Below are positions 7,985-17,359 of a stretch of DNA of 33,608 nt, piece by piece. The position numbers were made by a program, and so were the translations under genes. This stretch comes from an uncultured Gammaproteobacteria bacterium (GTDB taxonomy: Bacteria > Patescibacteriota > Patescibacteriia > Magasanikbacterales > UBA922): positions 1-33,608 of the forward strand of contig CAZCAB010000002.1 in the NCBI GenBank assembly GCA_964496615.1, given 5' to 3'. The notes beneath the pieces are model-generated. The model saw only the letters and a program-made list of their open reading frames with translations, had not been told where the DNA came from and did no database searches. Within the stretch, counting starts at the first letter, position 1; each line of letters opens with the position of its first letter.

Positions 7985-9000
7985 CTGAGTATGTCTTTAT
8001 GAGCCGACGTAAAGTCAACCGTCTTTTGCAATCCATCCTGTAGGCGGATAAGCGGAATCCATCCAAGATACTCTTTTGCCTTTTTCAAATCTGGAATACC
8101 TTTTTTTGTAAGAAACACAATTGGATCCTCAAAACGTAGTTGCGAGCTTGAGCCGGTCAGTTGAATAATCGCCCGTGCCACATCCGCCATCCTCACTTTC
8201 TCCTCTGACCCGAGATTAACAATGTCGATATTCGGTCCGGTGCGCATCAGACGCATTAATCCATCAATCACGTCAGTCACATAGCAGAGGGAATATTCGA
8301 GTGTTTCATCACCATATATGACCAAATCTCGTCCGTCAAGCGCATCTAAGATAAAATCAGGGATCAAAAACCCATGGCCGATTCGCATGCGAGGTCCATA
8401 CGTCGAAAAAATACGTGCGATCTTTGCATCGATGCCATACACTTGTCGATACGTCGCACATGCAGTTTCTGCAAATCGTTTCCCCTCATCATAACAGGCT
8501 CTCTCAGACATGTGATTGAGAAAGCCAATATCACTTTCAGTAAATACATTTTTCTGATCATGTGGCTCACCATACACGACTGAGCTTGATCCAAATACAT
8601 ACTTTGCTTTGTACTTTACCGCAAGTTCGAGCGTTGAAATAACCGCCTTTGAGTTTGCCCAGAGTGTCTGAATTTTCAGCTGCTCAAATTCCTGTGGACT
8701 TGTTGGACATGCAAGATGATAGATTTCTTGAATACCTTGAAACGGAACTTTGAATTTGGATAACTCTGGAAAACTCTCAAGATCGATGTGCTCATTGATG
8801 TCGACCTTAAGAAACTCAAAATCCGGATACTGCAAGAGGTGTTCAATATTGGTAATCTCTGAATTTGACAGATCATCCATGCAAATAACTTTTGCTTCTT
8901 GCAAGAGTTTTTCACACAAATGAGAACCGATAAAGCCTGCGCCACCGGTTACAATCACGTTCTTTTTTTCAAAAATGGGAGACTGATCCATATCTACCAT
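7981..9000 (-). CDS. extended SDR, UDP-glucuronate decarboxylase (UDP-xylose synthase)-like
   Basis: VTGGAGFIGSHL Rossmann motif and CYDEGKRFAET, which closely matches the UXS/ArnA-decarboxylase catalytic YxxxK region. Alternative ATG at 8991. Confidence 0.72.
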   Translation of the reverse strand: MVDMDQSPIFEKKNVIVTGGAGFIGSHLCEKLLQEAKVICMDDLSNSEITNIEHLLQYPDFEFLKVDINEHIDLESFPELSKFKVPFQGIQEIYHLACPTSPQEFEQLKIQTLWANSKAVISTLELAVKYKAKYVFGSSSVVYGEPHDQKNVFTESDIGFLNHMSERACYDEGKRFAETACATYRQVYGIDAKIARIFSTYGPRMRIGHGFLIPDFILDALDGRDLVIYGDETLEYSLCYVTDVIDGLMRLMRTGPNIDIVNLGSEEKVRMADVARAIIQLTGSSSQLRFEDPIVFLTKKGIPDLKKAKEYLGWIPLIRLQDGLQKTVDFTSAHKDILR

Positions 9001-11042
9001 GTTACCATGAATGTCTTTCCAATTGAAGCATCGTCAACAATCTGCCATTCATCAACAAGTTTTGATTTATGATTCCACAGTTTAACTGGTAAATCTGTAA
9101 ATCGAGAATGGACAAGCACCGTACCCTGCCCAGTACCTTCAAAATCAATAACTTCAAGATCAAGAGCCGTAAAATTATGTTTCTTGAAAGTCATAAAACG
9201 CCGTGTCCAATTACCAAAGCGCTCATAATATGCTACTTTCGGACCATCGACCGTACCCCCACTCAGCACAAATTCATCATATCCGTCACCATCTATGTCC
9301 CCAATAGCCATATCGCCCACCTCGCTATACAAACCTACGTCAAATTCTGTGATAGATCGGTCGAATTTATCAAACCGATGCACTTGTGGACCAGACGCAT
9401 CTGAAAAATATGTTGCAATCTGACTACCATTTTCTTGCTCCTTAAAGATACCAAGACGAACGCCATTGTGAAGGCTTTCATGACGATGGCCACCTATTCT
9501 ATCACCAGAAAGAGAGTATGTGTCATAGATCACATCTGATCGGTACTGCGGCGCCAAAATAATCTCGGGATTTTCATCGCTCCGCACATCACCTACAGCT
9601 ATTTCAAGGGGGCCGGCTGAAGGAACATGCCAACTATCAACTAGCCTCCACTTCTCAGTAAAAAGCTTTACCAAACGCGTTTTTCCATCTCTTCTTTGAA
9701 CAAGCGCATATTTTTTTTCTCCGTTGTGGATGAACTGTTCAACATCATCGATATTGATAAGGCCTATACGGCGATACCGGGCCACACGATCAGTACCTAT
9801 TTTTTGTTCAAAAATGGTACCAGTTTGAGGATTGACAAGCAATATTTTCTCAGCGCGAGGACTCCCTTTTTCCCTTGCATATGTGATTGCCCTGTCAACG
9901 CGAAGCAGCCCATTACCAAAATAGTTCGCGTACGTTACCTCATCCTGCCCAGGTGTCTTGTGTGTACTTTCTAAAAGAGCGGTATATATTTCATCCGGTG
10001 TCCACAACGGCTGCACGCTCTTGATCAGAGCTGCTGCACCACTCACAAACGGCGCAGCAAAAGATGTCCCGCTCCACCCGGATGAAAAACTGAGATGTAG
10101 ATTATTTTTAGGTGAATACCGAACCGTCGAATTAATCTCAGTGGATGGTGCAGTAATATCTATGCATTCAGACCCGGTGTTGGAAAAATTTGCTAACCGG
10201 CGTGATCTTTGAATGCCGCTGACACCTAAAACCTTCTGAACAGATAAATTTTTGTCTCCACACACAGGGTACTGCGGACTGGCATTTAGCAGCACGCGCT
10301 CGTTCCCAGCTGCCGCAACCACAATGACACCTTTTTTATATGCATAATCGATAGCCTCAGTAAATCCTGAATCCGCATTCCCAACGATGCTGACATTAAT
10401 CACGTCTGCTCCATTATCTACTGCATACTCTATCGCCTCTCTCACAGAGAGAATACTCCCGCGACCCTCCCTGTCCACGACGCGCAGATTCATGAGTCTT
10501 ACATTCCAATTAATCCCCGCGCCGTCTCTTTTGTTATTCCCGACTGCACCAATGAGTCCAGCCACAAGCGTTCCGTGATTAAACGTACCTTCTTGCAGCT
10601 CTTCTGGCTGCAAATCATCAACATTCGGCCGAGGATTGTTATTTCCCTTGGTTTCATCCTCAGAAATAACTCCATCACCATCAGTATCTTCCTGAACAAA
10701 ATTCCATCCATATACATCGTCAATATATCCATTTTTATCATCATCAATACCATTATCAGGACGTTCATTTACATTTCTCCACGCATTTGCGCGAAGATCA
10801 GGATGAAAGGTATCAAAACCATTGTCTATGATGGCAACAACAGTGTCCCTGGAACCAATACTCACATTCCACGCATCGTAGACGCCAGTATCGTGAAATC
10901 CCCATTGTTGAACAAATGGATCATTAGGTATTTTAGCGTGGACATTCGGAACACCTACGAGCACTAAACCGAGCGTAAACATTAAAAAGCGGGCCTGTAT
11001 TCTCGCCCGAAATGGATGGTCTTGAGCTTGCTTTTTTCGCAT
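8994..11042 (-). CDS. secreted subtilisin-like (S8) serine protease with FG-GAP-like repeat C-terminal region
   Basis: Catalytic triad contexts VVAIIDNGFD (Asp), HGTLVAGLIG (His) and GTSFAAPFVSGAAAL (Ser). Signal-like N-terminus (FLMFTLGLVLVGVPNVHA). C-terminal GDVRSDENPEIIL and GDIDGDGYDEFVL repeats. The track start at 11096 is TTG, so the ATG at 11042 (MRKKQAQ...) is preferred. Confidence 0.85.
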   Translation of the reverse strand: MRKKQAQDHPFRARIQARFLMFTLGLVLVGVPNVHAKIPNDPFVQQWGFHDTGVYDAWNVSIGSRDTVVAIIDNGFDTFHPDLRANAWRNVNERPDNGIDDDKNGYIDDVYGWNFVQEDTDGDGVISEDETKGNNNPRPNVDDLQPEELQEGTFNHGTLVAGLIGAVGNNKRDGAGINWNVRLMNLRVVDREGRGSILSVREAIEYAVDNGADVINVSIVGNADSGFTEAIDYAYKKGVIVVAAAGNERVLLNASPQYPVCGDKNLSVQKVLGVSGIQRSRRLANFSNTGSECIDITAPSTEINSTVRYSPKNNLHLSFSSGWSGTSFAAPFVSGAAALIKSVQPLWTPDEIYTALLESTHKTPGQDEVTYANYFGNGLLRVDRAITYAREKGSPRAEKILLVNPQTGTIFEQKIGTDRVARYRRIGLINIDDVEQFIHNGEKKYALVQRRDGKTRLVKLFTEKWRLVDSWHVPSAGPLEIAVGDVRSDENPEIILAPQYRSDVIYDTYSLSGDRIGGHRHESLHNGVRLGIFKEQENGSQIATYFSDASGPQVHRFDKFDRSITEFDVGLYSEVGDMAIGDIDGDGYDEFVLSGGTVDGPKVAYYERFGNWTRRFMTFKKHNFTALDLEVIDFEGTGQGTVLVHSRFTDLPVKLWNHKSKLVDEWQIVDDASIGKTFMVTW

Positions 11043-11100
11043 AATTTTGCTATCTTGTCTAGGCATAAGTATAGGCAAAAAAGCCTTTTTTTGCAATCAC

Positions 11101-12489
11101 ATGAAGTTTGTATATCATTTAAAACAATCTATCATAGCTGCGGGCGATCTCATCAGTTTTACAATCGGTTTTTTTCTTGCATTAAGTATCCGTCATTGGG
11201 AGCTCCCACTCATTTCCAATATCACACCTCTTGCGGGTATCTTTCTCACTGTTTTTTTGATATGGGTAGTCATCAACTACATTAATGCTCTGTACGATTT
11301 GTCCCCTCCGACGGATAAAATCTTCGCAAGGAGATTCATGGAAGCTGCCGTGATTTCGCTGATGGTGGGAATTGCTTTTTTCTATCTCGTACCGGAAAGA
11401 GGCATAACCCCAAAGACAATACTTGTTTTGAATGTCCTTCTCGGATATTCTCTTGCGTATGGCTGGCGGTGGCTGTATCACTACATGATAGGTGCTCGCA
11501 AACTTCAACTCAACATATTACTTCTTGGCGTAAGCCAAGAAGCTCTTGAAATAGTAGCTATCGCCCAAAAACATCCCGAAAAAGGCTATTCCGCGGTTGC
11601 AATTGTTGACCCGACAAAAGAGGTAAAAAACGGAGCGCATCACGGCATTGATGTCTATCACAGTCTAAGCGCACTCAGACCGGCAATTACAACACATAAC
11701 GTCCATATGGTTGTGGTGGCAGAGCAGTTTGAAAACAAGCGCGAAATGCTTACTGAGCTCTACCATCTTCTCTTTTGGCCGGTACAGATTATGGATGTCA
11801 CTTCATTTTATGAAAACTTAACAGGTCGCATTCCTCCATCAATTTTCTCCGAATCGTGGTTCCTACGCAACCTTAACACCGCAGAGAGGCCCATATACGA
11901 AAAAGCTAGACGAATAATCGACTCGATACTCACTATTATGCTAGGTATATTGTTTCTCATCTTATTCCCATTTGTTGCGTTCATGATTAAAGTAACATCC
12001 AAAGGACCAATCCTCTACACACAAAAAAGGGTTGGACAATTTGGAGAAATTTTTATTATTTACAAGTTTAGAACAATGTACGCGCTTGCTGATGACGGCT
12101 CCGCCGAACCAACAGGTGCCCAGTTTGCGAAAAAAAATGACAAACGAGTGACCCCAGTGGGTAAATTTCTTCGCAAAACTCGAATAGATGAATTCCCGCA
12201 GGTCATTAACCTACTCAAGGGTGAACTGAGTTTTATTGGCCCTCGACCAGAACGACCCGAAATTGTAGAAAAACTCGAAATTCAAATGCCGTATTATTCC
12301 TTAAGGCACATAGCTAAACCAGGTATTACAGGATGGGCTGCAATAAATCAGCATTATACGGATACACTTGAGACCTCGCTGCAAAAATTGCAGTATGATT
12401 TATTTTACATAAAAAATAGATCCTTGTTATTGGATCTATCAATTCTTCTTAAGACAATAAATGTTGTGATCAGAAGAATGGGGCAGTAA
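11101..12489 (+). CDS. polyprenyl-phosphate sugar-1-phosphate transferase (WbaP/PssY-type initiating phosphoglycosyltransferase)
   Basis: N-terminal TM helices, a central Rossmann-like region, and a C-terminal bacterial sugar transferase domain (KFRTM, DEFPQ, LKGELSFIGPRPERPE). The track start at 11047 is TTG, so the ATG at 11101 is preferred. Confidence 0.88.
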   Translation: MKFVYHLKQSIIAAGDLISFTIGFFLALSIRHWELPLISNITPLAGIFLTVFLIWVVINYINALYDLSPPTDKIFARRFMEAAVISLMVGIAFFYLVPERGITPKTILVLNVLLGYSLAYGWRWLYHYMIGARKLQLNILLLGVSQEALEIVAIAQKHPEKGYSAVAIVDPTKEVKNGAHHGIDVYHSLSALRPAITTHNVHMVVVAEQFENKREMLTELYHLLFWPVQIMDVTSFYENLTGRIPPSIFSESWFLRNLNTAERPIYEKARRIIDSILTIMLGILFLILFPFVAFMIKVTSKGPILYTQKRVGQFGEIFIIYKFRTMYALADDGSAEPTGAQFAKKNDKRVTPVGKFLRKTRIDEFPQVINLLKGELSFIGPRPERPEIVEKLEIQMPYYSLRHIAKPGITGWAAINQHYTDTLETSLQKLQYDLFYIKNRSLLLDLSILLKTINVVIRRMGQ

Positions 12490-12495
12490 TTGATA

Positions 12496-13404
12496 CTACC
12501 TAATACCCCAATCAACTTTGAGCTGATCTATACCGTCTTTCAATGATATCTTTGGTTCCCAGCCGAGCAGCTCTTTCGCTCTTGCATTATCGGCGCATGC
12601 ATATCGAGGATCTCCTGGTCTCGGATCGATAAACGTTTTGTCCCCGCCTATCAATTCAGCAAGTTGATTAACAGAAAAGGGACTATTGTTGCCTATATTT
12701 ATCATCTCTCCTCTGCCGACATTTGGACTCGTCATTGCAAGGATGTTGGCCTCCACCGCATCATCTATGTGCGTATAATCTCGATAATACTCCCCATCAC
12801 CGCAAATCGTCATTGGCTTGCCCTCAGATCGTTGTTTCAAAAATTTTCCAATGACTAAGGCGTACGCTCCATCCGGATCCATATGTGGACCGTAGATGTT
12901 AAAATAACACAAAGATGCTGTCTCAAGATCGTACAGCTCTGAAAAAATACGGCAGTACTCCTGACCGGTAAGTTTTTGAAGTGCGTACGGACTTTTGGGA
13001 CGTTTCGGCATATCCTCCTTCAGTTCAACCTTTTCATCCGATCCATACACTGAAGAAGACGTCGCAAAAAGTACACGCTTTACTCCAGCCTGACGTGCCG
13101 CAGACAAAACATTGAGCGTTCCAACCACATTGTGGTCGTTTGTTTCTTGAGGATGCTCCACTGAATATGTTACACGAGGTACAGCAGCCTGGTGAAACAC
13201 GCCGTCAATACCATCCATGACTTTTTCAACATCCTGAACGTTTCGAATATCCCCAGTGACATATTCGACTCCATCAACAACGCGGTCATCTTTTTTGCCG
13301 GCAATGTAATTGTCAATGACGCGCACAGCATGTCCATCAGCAATCAGACGCTTAACTATGTTAGTGCCTATAAATCCGGCACCACCGGTAACCAAATATT
13401 TCAT
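12496..13404 (-). CDS. NAD-dependent nucleotide-sugar epimerase (GalE/WbpP-like extended SDR)
   Basis: VTGGAGFIGTNIV and SPYALQK (YxxxK) motifs. The start at 13404 (MKYLVTGG) lies 1 nt after the upstream stop. Confidence 0.8.
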   Translation of the reverse strand: MKYLVTGGAGFIGTNIVKRLIADGHAVRVIDNYIAGKKDDRVVDGVEYVTGDIRNVQDVEKVMDGIDGVFHQAAVPRVTYSVEHPQETNDHNVVGTLNVLSAARQAGVKRVLFATSSSVYGSDEKVELKEDMPKRPKSPYALQKLTGQEYCRIFSELYDLETASLCYFNIYGPHMDPDGAYALVIGKFLKQRSEGKPMTICGDGEYYRDYTHIDDAVEANILAMTSPNVGRGEMINIGNNSPFSVNQLAELIGGDKTFIDPRPGDPRYACADNARAKELLGWEPKISLKDGIDQLKVDWGIR

Positions 13405-13405
13405 A

Positions 13406-14518
13406 CTACTTAATATCATCAATTCCGATAGGATCAAATTTCTTTAAATCATGTATCACCTCTCTCCCAATGATACTATCATACTTTTCAGATGGTAGTC
13501 CATCTATATCAGCTTGTGGACGCATTGCATATATCATCTGCGGCTTGATACCTGTTCCTGTTGGTATATCCTGCCCTGCGACAAGCGACTTTCTAAAAAC
13601 TGGACGGAATGCCTGCTCTTCATCTTGTAATAGCTTCTCTTCTTGTGAGAGCGCCTTCTTGGCAAACGCTGATTCGAGCATTCTCTCTTTTTTTAAGGGA
13701 TTAGAAGCGAGTTCATCAAGACTACTTCTCAGTAACTTTAGCTCATTGGGTGTCATCGACACCTTATGGTCTGGCCCCCAGGCATCGCGAGACAATGTGA
13801 AGTGTTTCTCGACAACACTTGCGCCTGCAGCGTAGGCCACTAAAGCTGATTCTATCCCAAGGGAGTGATCAGAAAACCCTATCGGTATGCCTAATCGTTG
13901 TCTCAAAGTCTTAATTGTCCCAAGACGCAGATCCTCAGGTGGACATGGATATTGGGACACACAATGCAGTACCATCACCAGAGCATTTTTTTTCATCACG
14001 AATGATACCGCTTGCTCCACTTCCGCAAAAGTACTCATTCCTGAAGACAGGATGATGGGTTTTCCTGTATTTCGCAAGTAATCTAGAAGAACGAAATCAA
14101 GAATATCCGCTGAGCCAACTTTCCATACCGATATATCCAAGTCCTCAACACGCTGCGCTGCACCCCGACTCATTGGTGTCGTCATGAAGACTATTCCCAA
14201 ATCGTCACAATACGTTTTAAGCGGCCTCCAAAATGTATCCAGCGGTGTTGATATGGTATTACGCCGTACCCATTCGTATCGTTCAAGTCCCTGATAATGG
14301 GGAGAATCTACATCACGACCAAGTTGTTCATCCTCTACGTTGTGCGTTTGCCACTTGATTGCATCAGCTCCACCTGCCACAGCTTCGTCAACAATTTTTT
14401 TTGCAGTATTCAGATACTCCTCCACCGATTTTTGCTCAGCTGATTGAATAAAATTCTTACCTGCCTCTGCGATAAGAAAAGGTCCATCAATCATCTTTTG
14501 CCATACGTCACCTGTCAT
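13406..14518 (-). CDS. divergent NeuB-family (PEP-dependent nonulosonate synthase-like) protein with C-terminal SAF-like domain
   Basis: FLIAEAGKNF...ADAIKWQTH N-terminal region, HCVSQYP and GFSDHS metal-ligand contexts, VEKHFTL, and a C-terminal LVAGQDIPTGTGI SAF-like segment. The track start at 14542 is TTG, so the ATG at 14518 (with upstream GGTGA) is preferred. Confidence 0.68.
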   Translation of the reverse strand: MTGDVWQKMIDGPFLIAEAGKNFIQSAEQKSVEEYLNTAKKIVDEAVAGGADAIKWQTHNVEDEQLGRDVDSPHYQGLERYEWVRRNTISTPLDTFWRPLKTYCDDLGIVFMTTPMSRGAAQRVEDLDISVWKVGSADILDFVLLDYLRNTGKPIILSSGMSTFAEVEQAVSFVMKKNALVMVLHCVSQYPCPPEDLRLGTIKTLRQRLGIPIGFSDHSLGIESALVAYAAGASVVEKHFTLSRDAWGPDHKVSMTPNELKLLRSSLDELASNPLKKERMLESAFAKKALSQEEKLLQDEEQAFRPVFRKSLVAGQDIPTGTGIKPQMIYAMRPQADIDGLPSEKYDSIIGREVIHDLKKFDPIGIDDIK

Positions 14519-14529
14519 ATCAATCACCA

Positions 14530-15834
14530 CTACAAACTCCAATATTCCAGACCCTCTTGCTCCACTTCTTCTCTAGAGAAGATATTCTTTAAATCAGCAC
14601 AGAGCAATTTCCCCTCATTCATTAAACCTTTCAGTTCTTGAGCTGTAATCTTCTTGAACTCATCGTGGGCCACTGCGATGATAAGAACGTCTGCTTTTGG
14701 TAAATCATCTTTGTCAGACAACACTATTCCATACTCACGCTCAACCTCCGCTGGATCAGCAAGTGGGTCATAGACGACAGGCTGGACACCAAAATCAATT
14801 AATTCGTGGTACAACGAAGCCACCTTGGAATTTCGCACATCACGCACATTTTCCTTAAAAGTAACACCATAAATTAAGAATTGGGACGATTTTACATCTT
14901 TGCCCATGCGAACCATGGTCTTAATGATCTGACGAGCAACAAACTTATGCATGGTATTGTTTATTCCTCTGCCAGCTAATATGACCTCTGGTGTGTGTCC
15001 AACAGACTCCGCCTTATACGTCAGATAGTATGGATCAACACCAATGCAATGTCCGCCCACAAGACCAGGAGTAAATTTTAGAAAATTCCACTTAGTTCCC
15101 GCGGCCTCTAGTACGTCGTGCGTATTAATGTCCATTTTGTTAAACAAAATAGCAAGCTCATTCATCAAAGCAATGTTTAAATCACGCTGCGTGTTTTCGA
15201 TGACTTTTGCTGCCTCTGCAACTTTAATAGATGACGCACGAAATACGTTGGTGATTGTCCCGTACACTTGAGCAATTGCATGCGTCGTCTGATCATCCAT
15301 CCCAGCCACCACTTTTGTTACGCGATCAATAGTATGTTCAGCATCACCAGGATTAACCCGCTCAGGAGAATAGCCAACAAAAAAATCTTCGCCTGCAACT
15401 AAGCTGGATTCGCCTTCCAATGCAGGTATGCATTCTTCTTCGGTTGCACCTGGGTACACTGTTGATTCAAATACTACTATGGCACCTTTCGAAAGATGTT
15501 CTCCAACGAGAGCACTTGCGCGTCTGAGAATTGTTAAATCAGGTACATTTTTTTCATCAACGGGAGTTGGAACCGCTACGATGATAAATTTAGAACGAGT
15601 AATCACTGATGGATCGACACTAAAATTAATTCCGGAATTGCAAATCGTTTCAGAATCGAGCTCCCCGGTCCCGTCATGGCCCTGTTTCAACAGGTCGACC
15701 TTCTTCTCATCAATATCAAATCCAAAAACTGAAAAAGTTTTAGAAAGAAGTACTGCTAAAGGTAAACCTACGTAACCGAGACCGACCACACAAACATGCT
15801 CTCTCCTTTGTGTCAAATCCTCAAACAAACTCAT
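14530..15834 (-). CDS. UDP-N-acetyl-hexosamine 6-dehydrogenase (WbpO/TviB/CapL-like nucleotide-sugar dehydrogenase)
   Basis: VVGLGYVGLPLAV Rossmann motif and the GGHCIGVDPYYL catalytic Cys motif typical of this subfamily. The start at 15834 overlaps the ugd stop as ATGA. Confidence 0.8.
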   Translation of the reverse strand: MSLFEDLTQRREHVCVVGLGYVGLPLAVLLSKTFSVFGFDIDEKKVDLLKQGHDGTGELDSETICNSGINFSVDPSVITRSKFIIVAVPTPVDEKNVPDLTILRRASALVGEHLSKGAIVVFESTVYPGATEEECIPALEGESSLVAGEDFFVGYSPERVNPGDAEHTIDRVTKVVAGMDDQTTHAIAQVYGTITNVFRASSIKVAEAAKVIENTQRDLNIALMNELAILFNKMDINTHDVLEAAGTKWNFLKFTPGLVGGHCIGVDPYYLTYKAESVGHTPEVILAGRGINNTMHKFVARQIIKTMVRMGKDVKSSQFLIYGVTFKENVRDVRNSKVASLYHELIDFGVQPVVYDPLADPAEVEREYGIVLSDKDDLPKADVLIIAVAHDEFKKITAQELKGLMNEGKLLCADLKNIFSREEVEQEGLEYWSL

Positions 15835-17216
15835 ATTATTGGCTCGAGATATTGAGATCCAACGGCCACAATCGAACATCCCGCTTTACGCAAATCATCG
15901 TAGCGAGTAGTAAGCATGCGCCTCCCGTCCATAATGAGAGGTTTTGAACCTTGTGAAATCAACATATCACCAAGTGCTTTAAACTGCGGCCAATCCGTGG
16001 AGATGATAACGGCATCAGCGTTTTTTATGCTTGTTGCTTCATCCGTGCAAAATACAACTCTCTCAGAATCGGGCATTTGGCGCTTAAAATGTTCAGAGGC
16101 AGCGGGGTCAAACAAAGAAATACTTTTCACCCCTTTCTTAAGAAGAAATCTCACTATTTCGAAAGCTGGTGAATTACGCACATCATTCGTATTTTGTTTA
16201 AAAGAAAGCCCCAATACTGCAACCGTTTTATCTTCCCACAAAAAATTAGCTTCTGTCTCTGCTCTGCTCAAAAACAACTCGAGCTGCCGTTTATTCGCAA
16301 GATACACCTCGTTAACAAGCACTGCCTCTTTACCTGCCGTTTGAAGCTGATGCGAAAGTGAACGAGCGTCTTTTATAAGACAACTACCCCCCGCATACAA
16401 ACTATTGTAAAATCCCCAATTAGAGATCCTTTTGTCAGTCGTTATGATGCGCCTTAAATTCTCAAATTCTACTTCCGGGAATGTTTCTGAGACTCGCCCA
16501 ATGACATCAAAACATGCTGCTATCTTCATGAACAAATAGTAATTCGCCAAAAGCTTTCCTGCTTCAGCTTCTCTGGGAGTAACTTCAATGTACTGCACGG
16601 TGGATGAATCGTAAAAACGCTGGTAGATACGTCGAACCACTTCGAAATCCGTCTCCGATGTTGCTCCAACAACGACTCGATCTGGACGTACCGAACCTTC
16701 AATTGCTTTGCTCTCAACAAGAAACTCAGGATTGGATACTATGCCAAAATTTTTCGCACCACAATCCTCAAGGAGTTTCTGGACAATATCCACCATATCC
16801 ACTGGGACTGTGCTCTTATTGATGACGACTATGTATTTACTCTGGGAGCCGCCATTTCTCTCTTTCATCGCGTTTCCAAGTTGCTCAGCGGCCTTCCTGT
16901 AATACGATAAATCGGTTTCACCAGTTTCATCCACCTCTGGAGTTGGCACACACATAAAGACCGCATCGCAATTTTCAAGAAAACTCTTTACATCCGATAT
17001 ATCCGTAGTAAATCGAATACGAGAGCCATTGCGAACCAGCATATCACCGAGTCCCTCTTCAAAAATACATTCCTCTATCACATCTCGATTGCCAGATCCA
17101 AGCTTTCTCACCTTTTCTTCATCTATATCAAAAACAAGAGTGTTATGCCCTGAATCAGCTGATACAGCAGCAGAGCACGCACCCACAAATCCTCCTCCTA
17201 TGTATAGAATATTCAT
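15831..17216 (-). CDS. ugd: UDP-glucose 6-dehydrogenase family protein
   Basis: 461 aa with IGGGFVGACSAAV Rossmann motif, GGSCLIKD catalytic Cys motif and a C-terminal UDP-binding domain. Confidence 0.8.
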   Translation of the reverse strand: MNILYIGGGFVGACSAAVSADSGHNTLVFDIDEEKVRKLGSGNRDVIEECIFEEGLGDMLVRNGSRIRFTTDISDVKSFLENCDAVFMCVPTPEVDETGETDLSYYRKAAEQLGNAMKERNGGSQSKYIVVINKSTVPVDMVDIVQKLLEDCGAKNFGIVSNPEFLVESKAIEGSVRPDRVVVGATSETDFEVVRRIYQRFYDSSTVQYIEVTPREAEAGKLLANYYLFMKIAACFDVIGRVSETFPEVEFENLRRIITTDKRISNWGFYNSLYAGGSCLIKDARSLSHQLQTAGKEAVLVNEVYLANKRQLELFLSRAETEANFLWEDKTVAVLGLSFKQNTNDVRNSPAFEIVRFLLKKGVKSISLFDPAASEHFKRQMPDSERVVFCTDEATSIKNADAVIISTDWPQFKALGDMLISQGSKPLIMDGRRMLTTRYDDLRKAGCSIVAVGSQYLEPII

Positions 17217-17293
17217 AGAAATATGTGCTACATACTCTATATGAAATAAGGCAATAAATCAAGCCATCACTGTGAGTAATTCTGCAGAAAAAC

Positions 17294-17322
17294 TTGACAA
17301 CAAAGGAAAAAAATGCAATCAT
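17294..17322 (+). promoter_or_regulatory. candidate promoter of the GC-rich gene
   Basis: TTGACA (17294-17299), 17-nt spacer ending in TGC (extended -10 like), AATCAT (17317-17322). A GGAGGA Shine-Dalgarno at 17350-17355 precedes the ATG at 17360. Confidence 0.35.
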
Positions 17323-17359
17323 GTTCTTGTATCGATCCACACCTATCTTGGAGGAAGCC

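Noticed and set aside
12490-12495. Convergent gene ends only 6 nt apart (transferase + / epimerase -) as a regulatory feature
   Set aside because: There is no hairpin or other structure in or around the gap. Nothing can be supported beyond tight packing.
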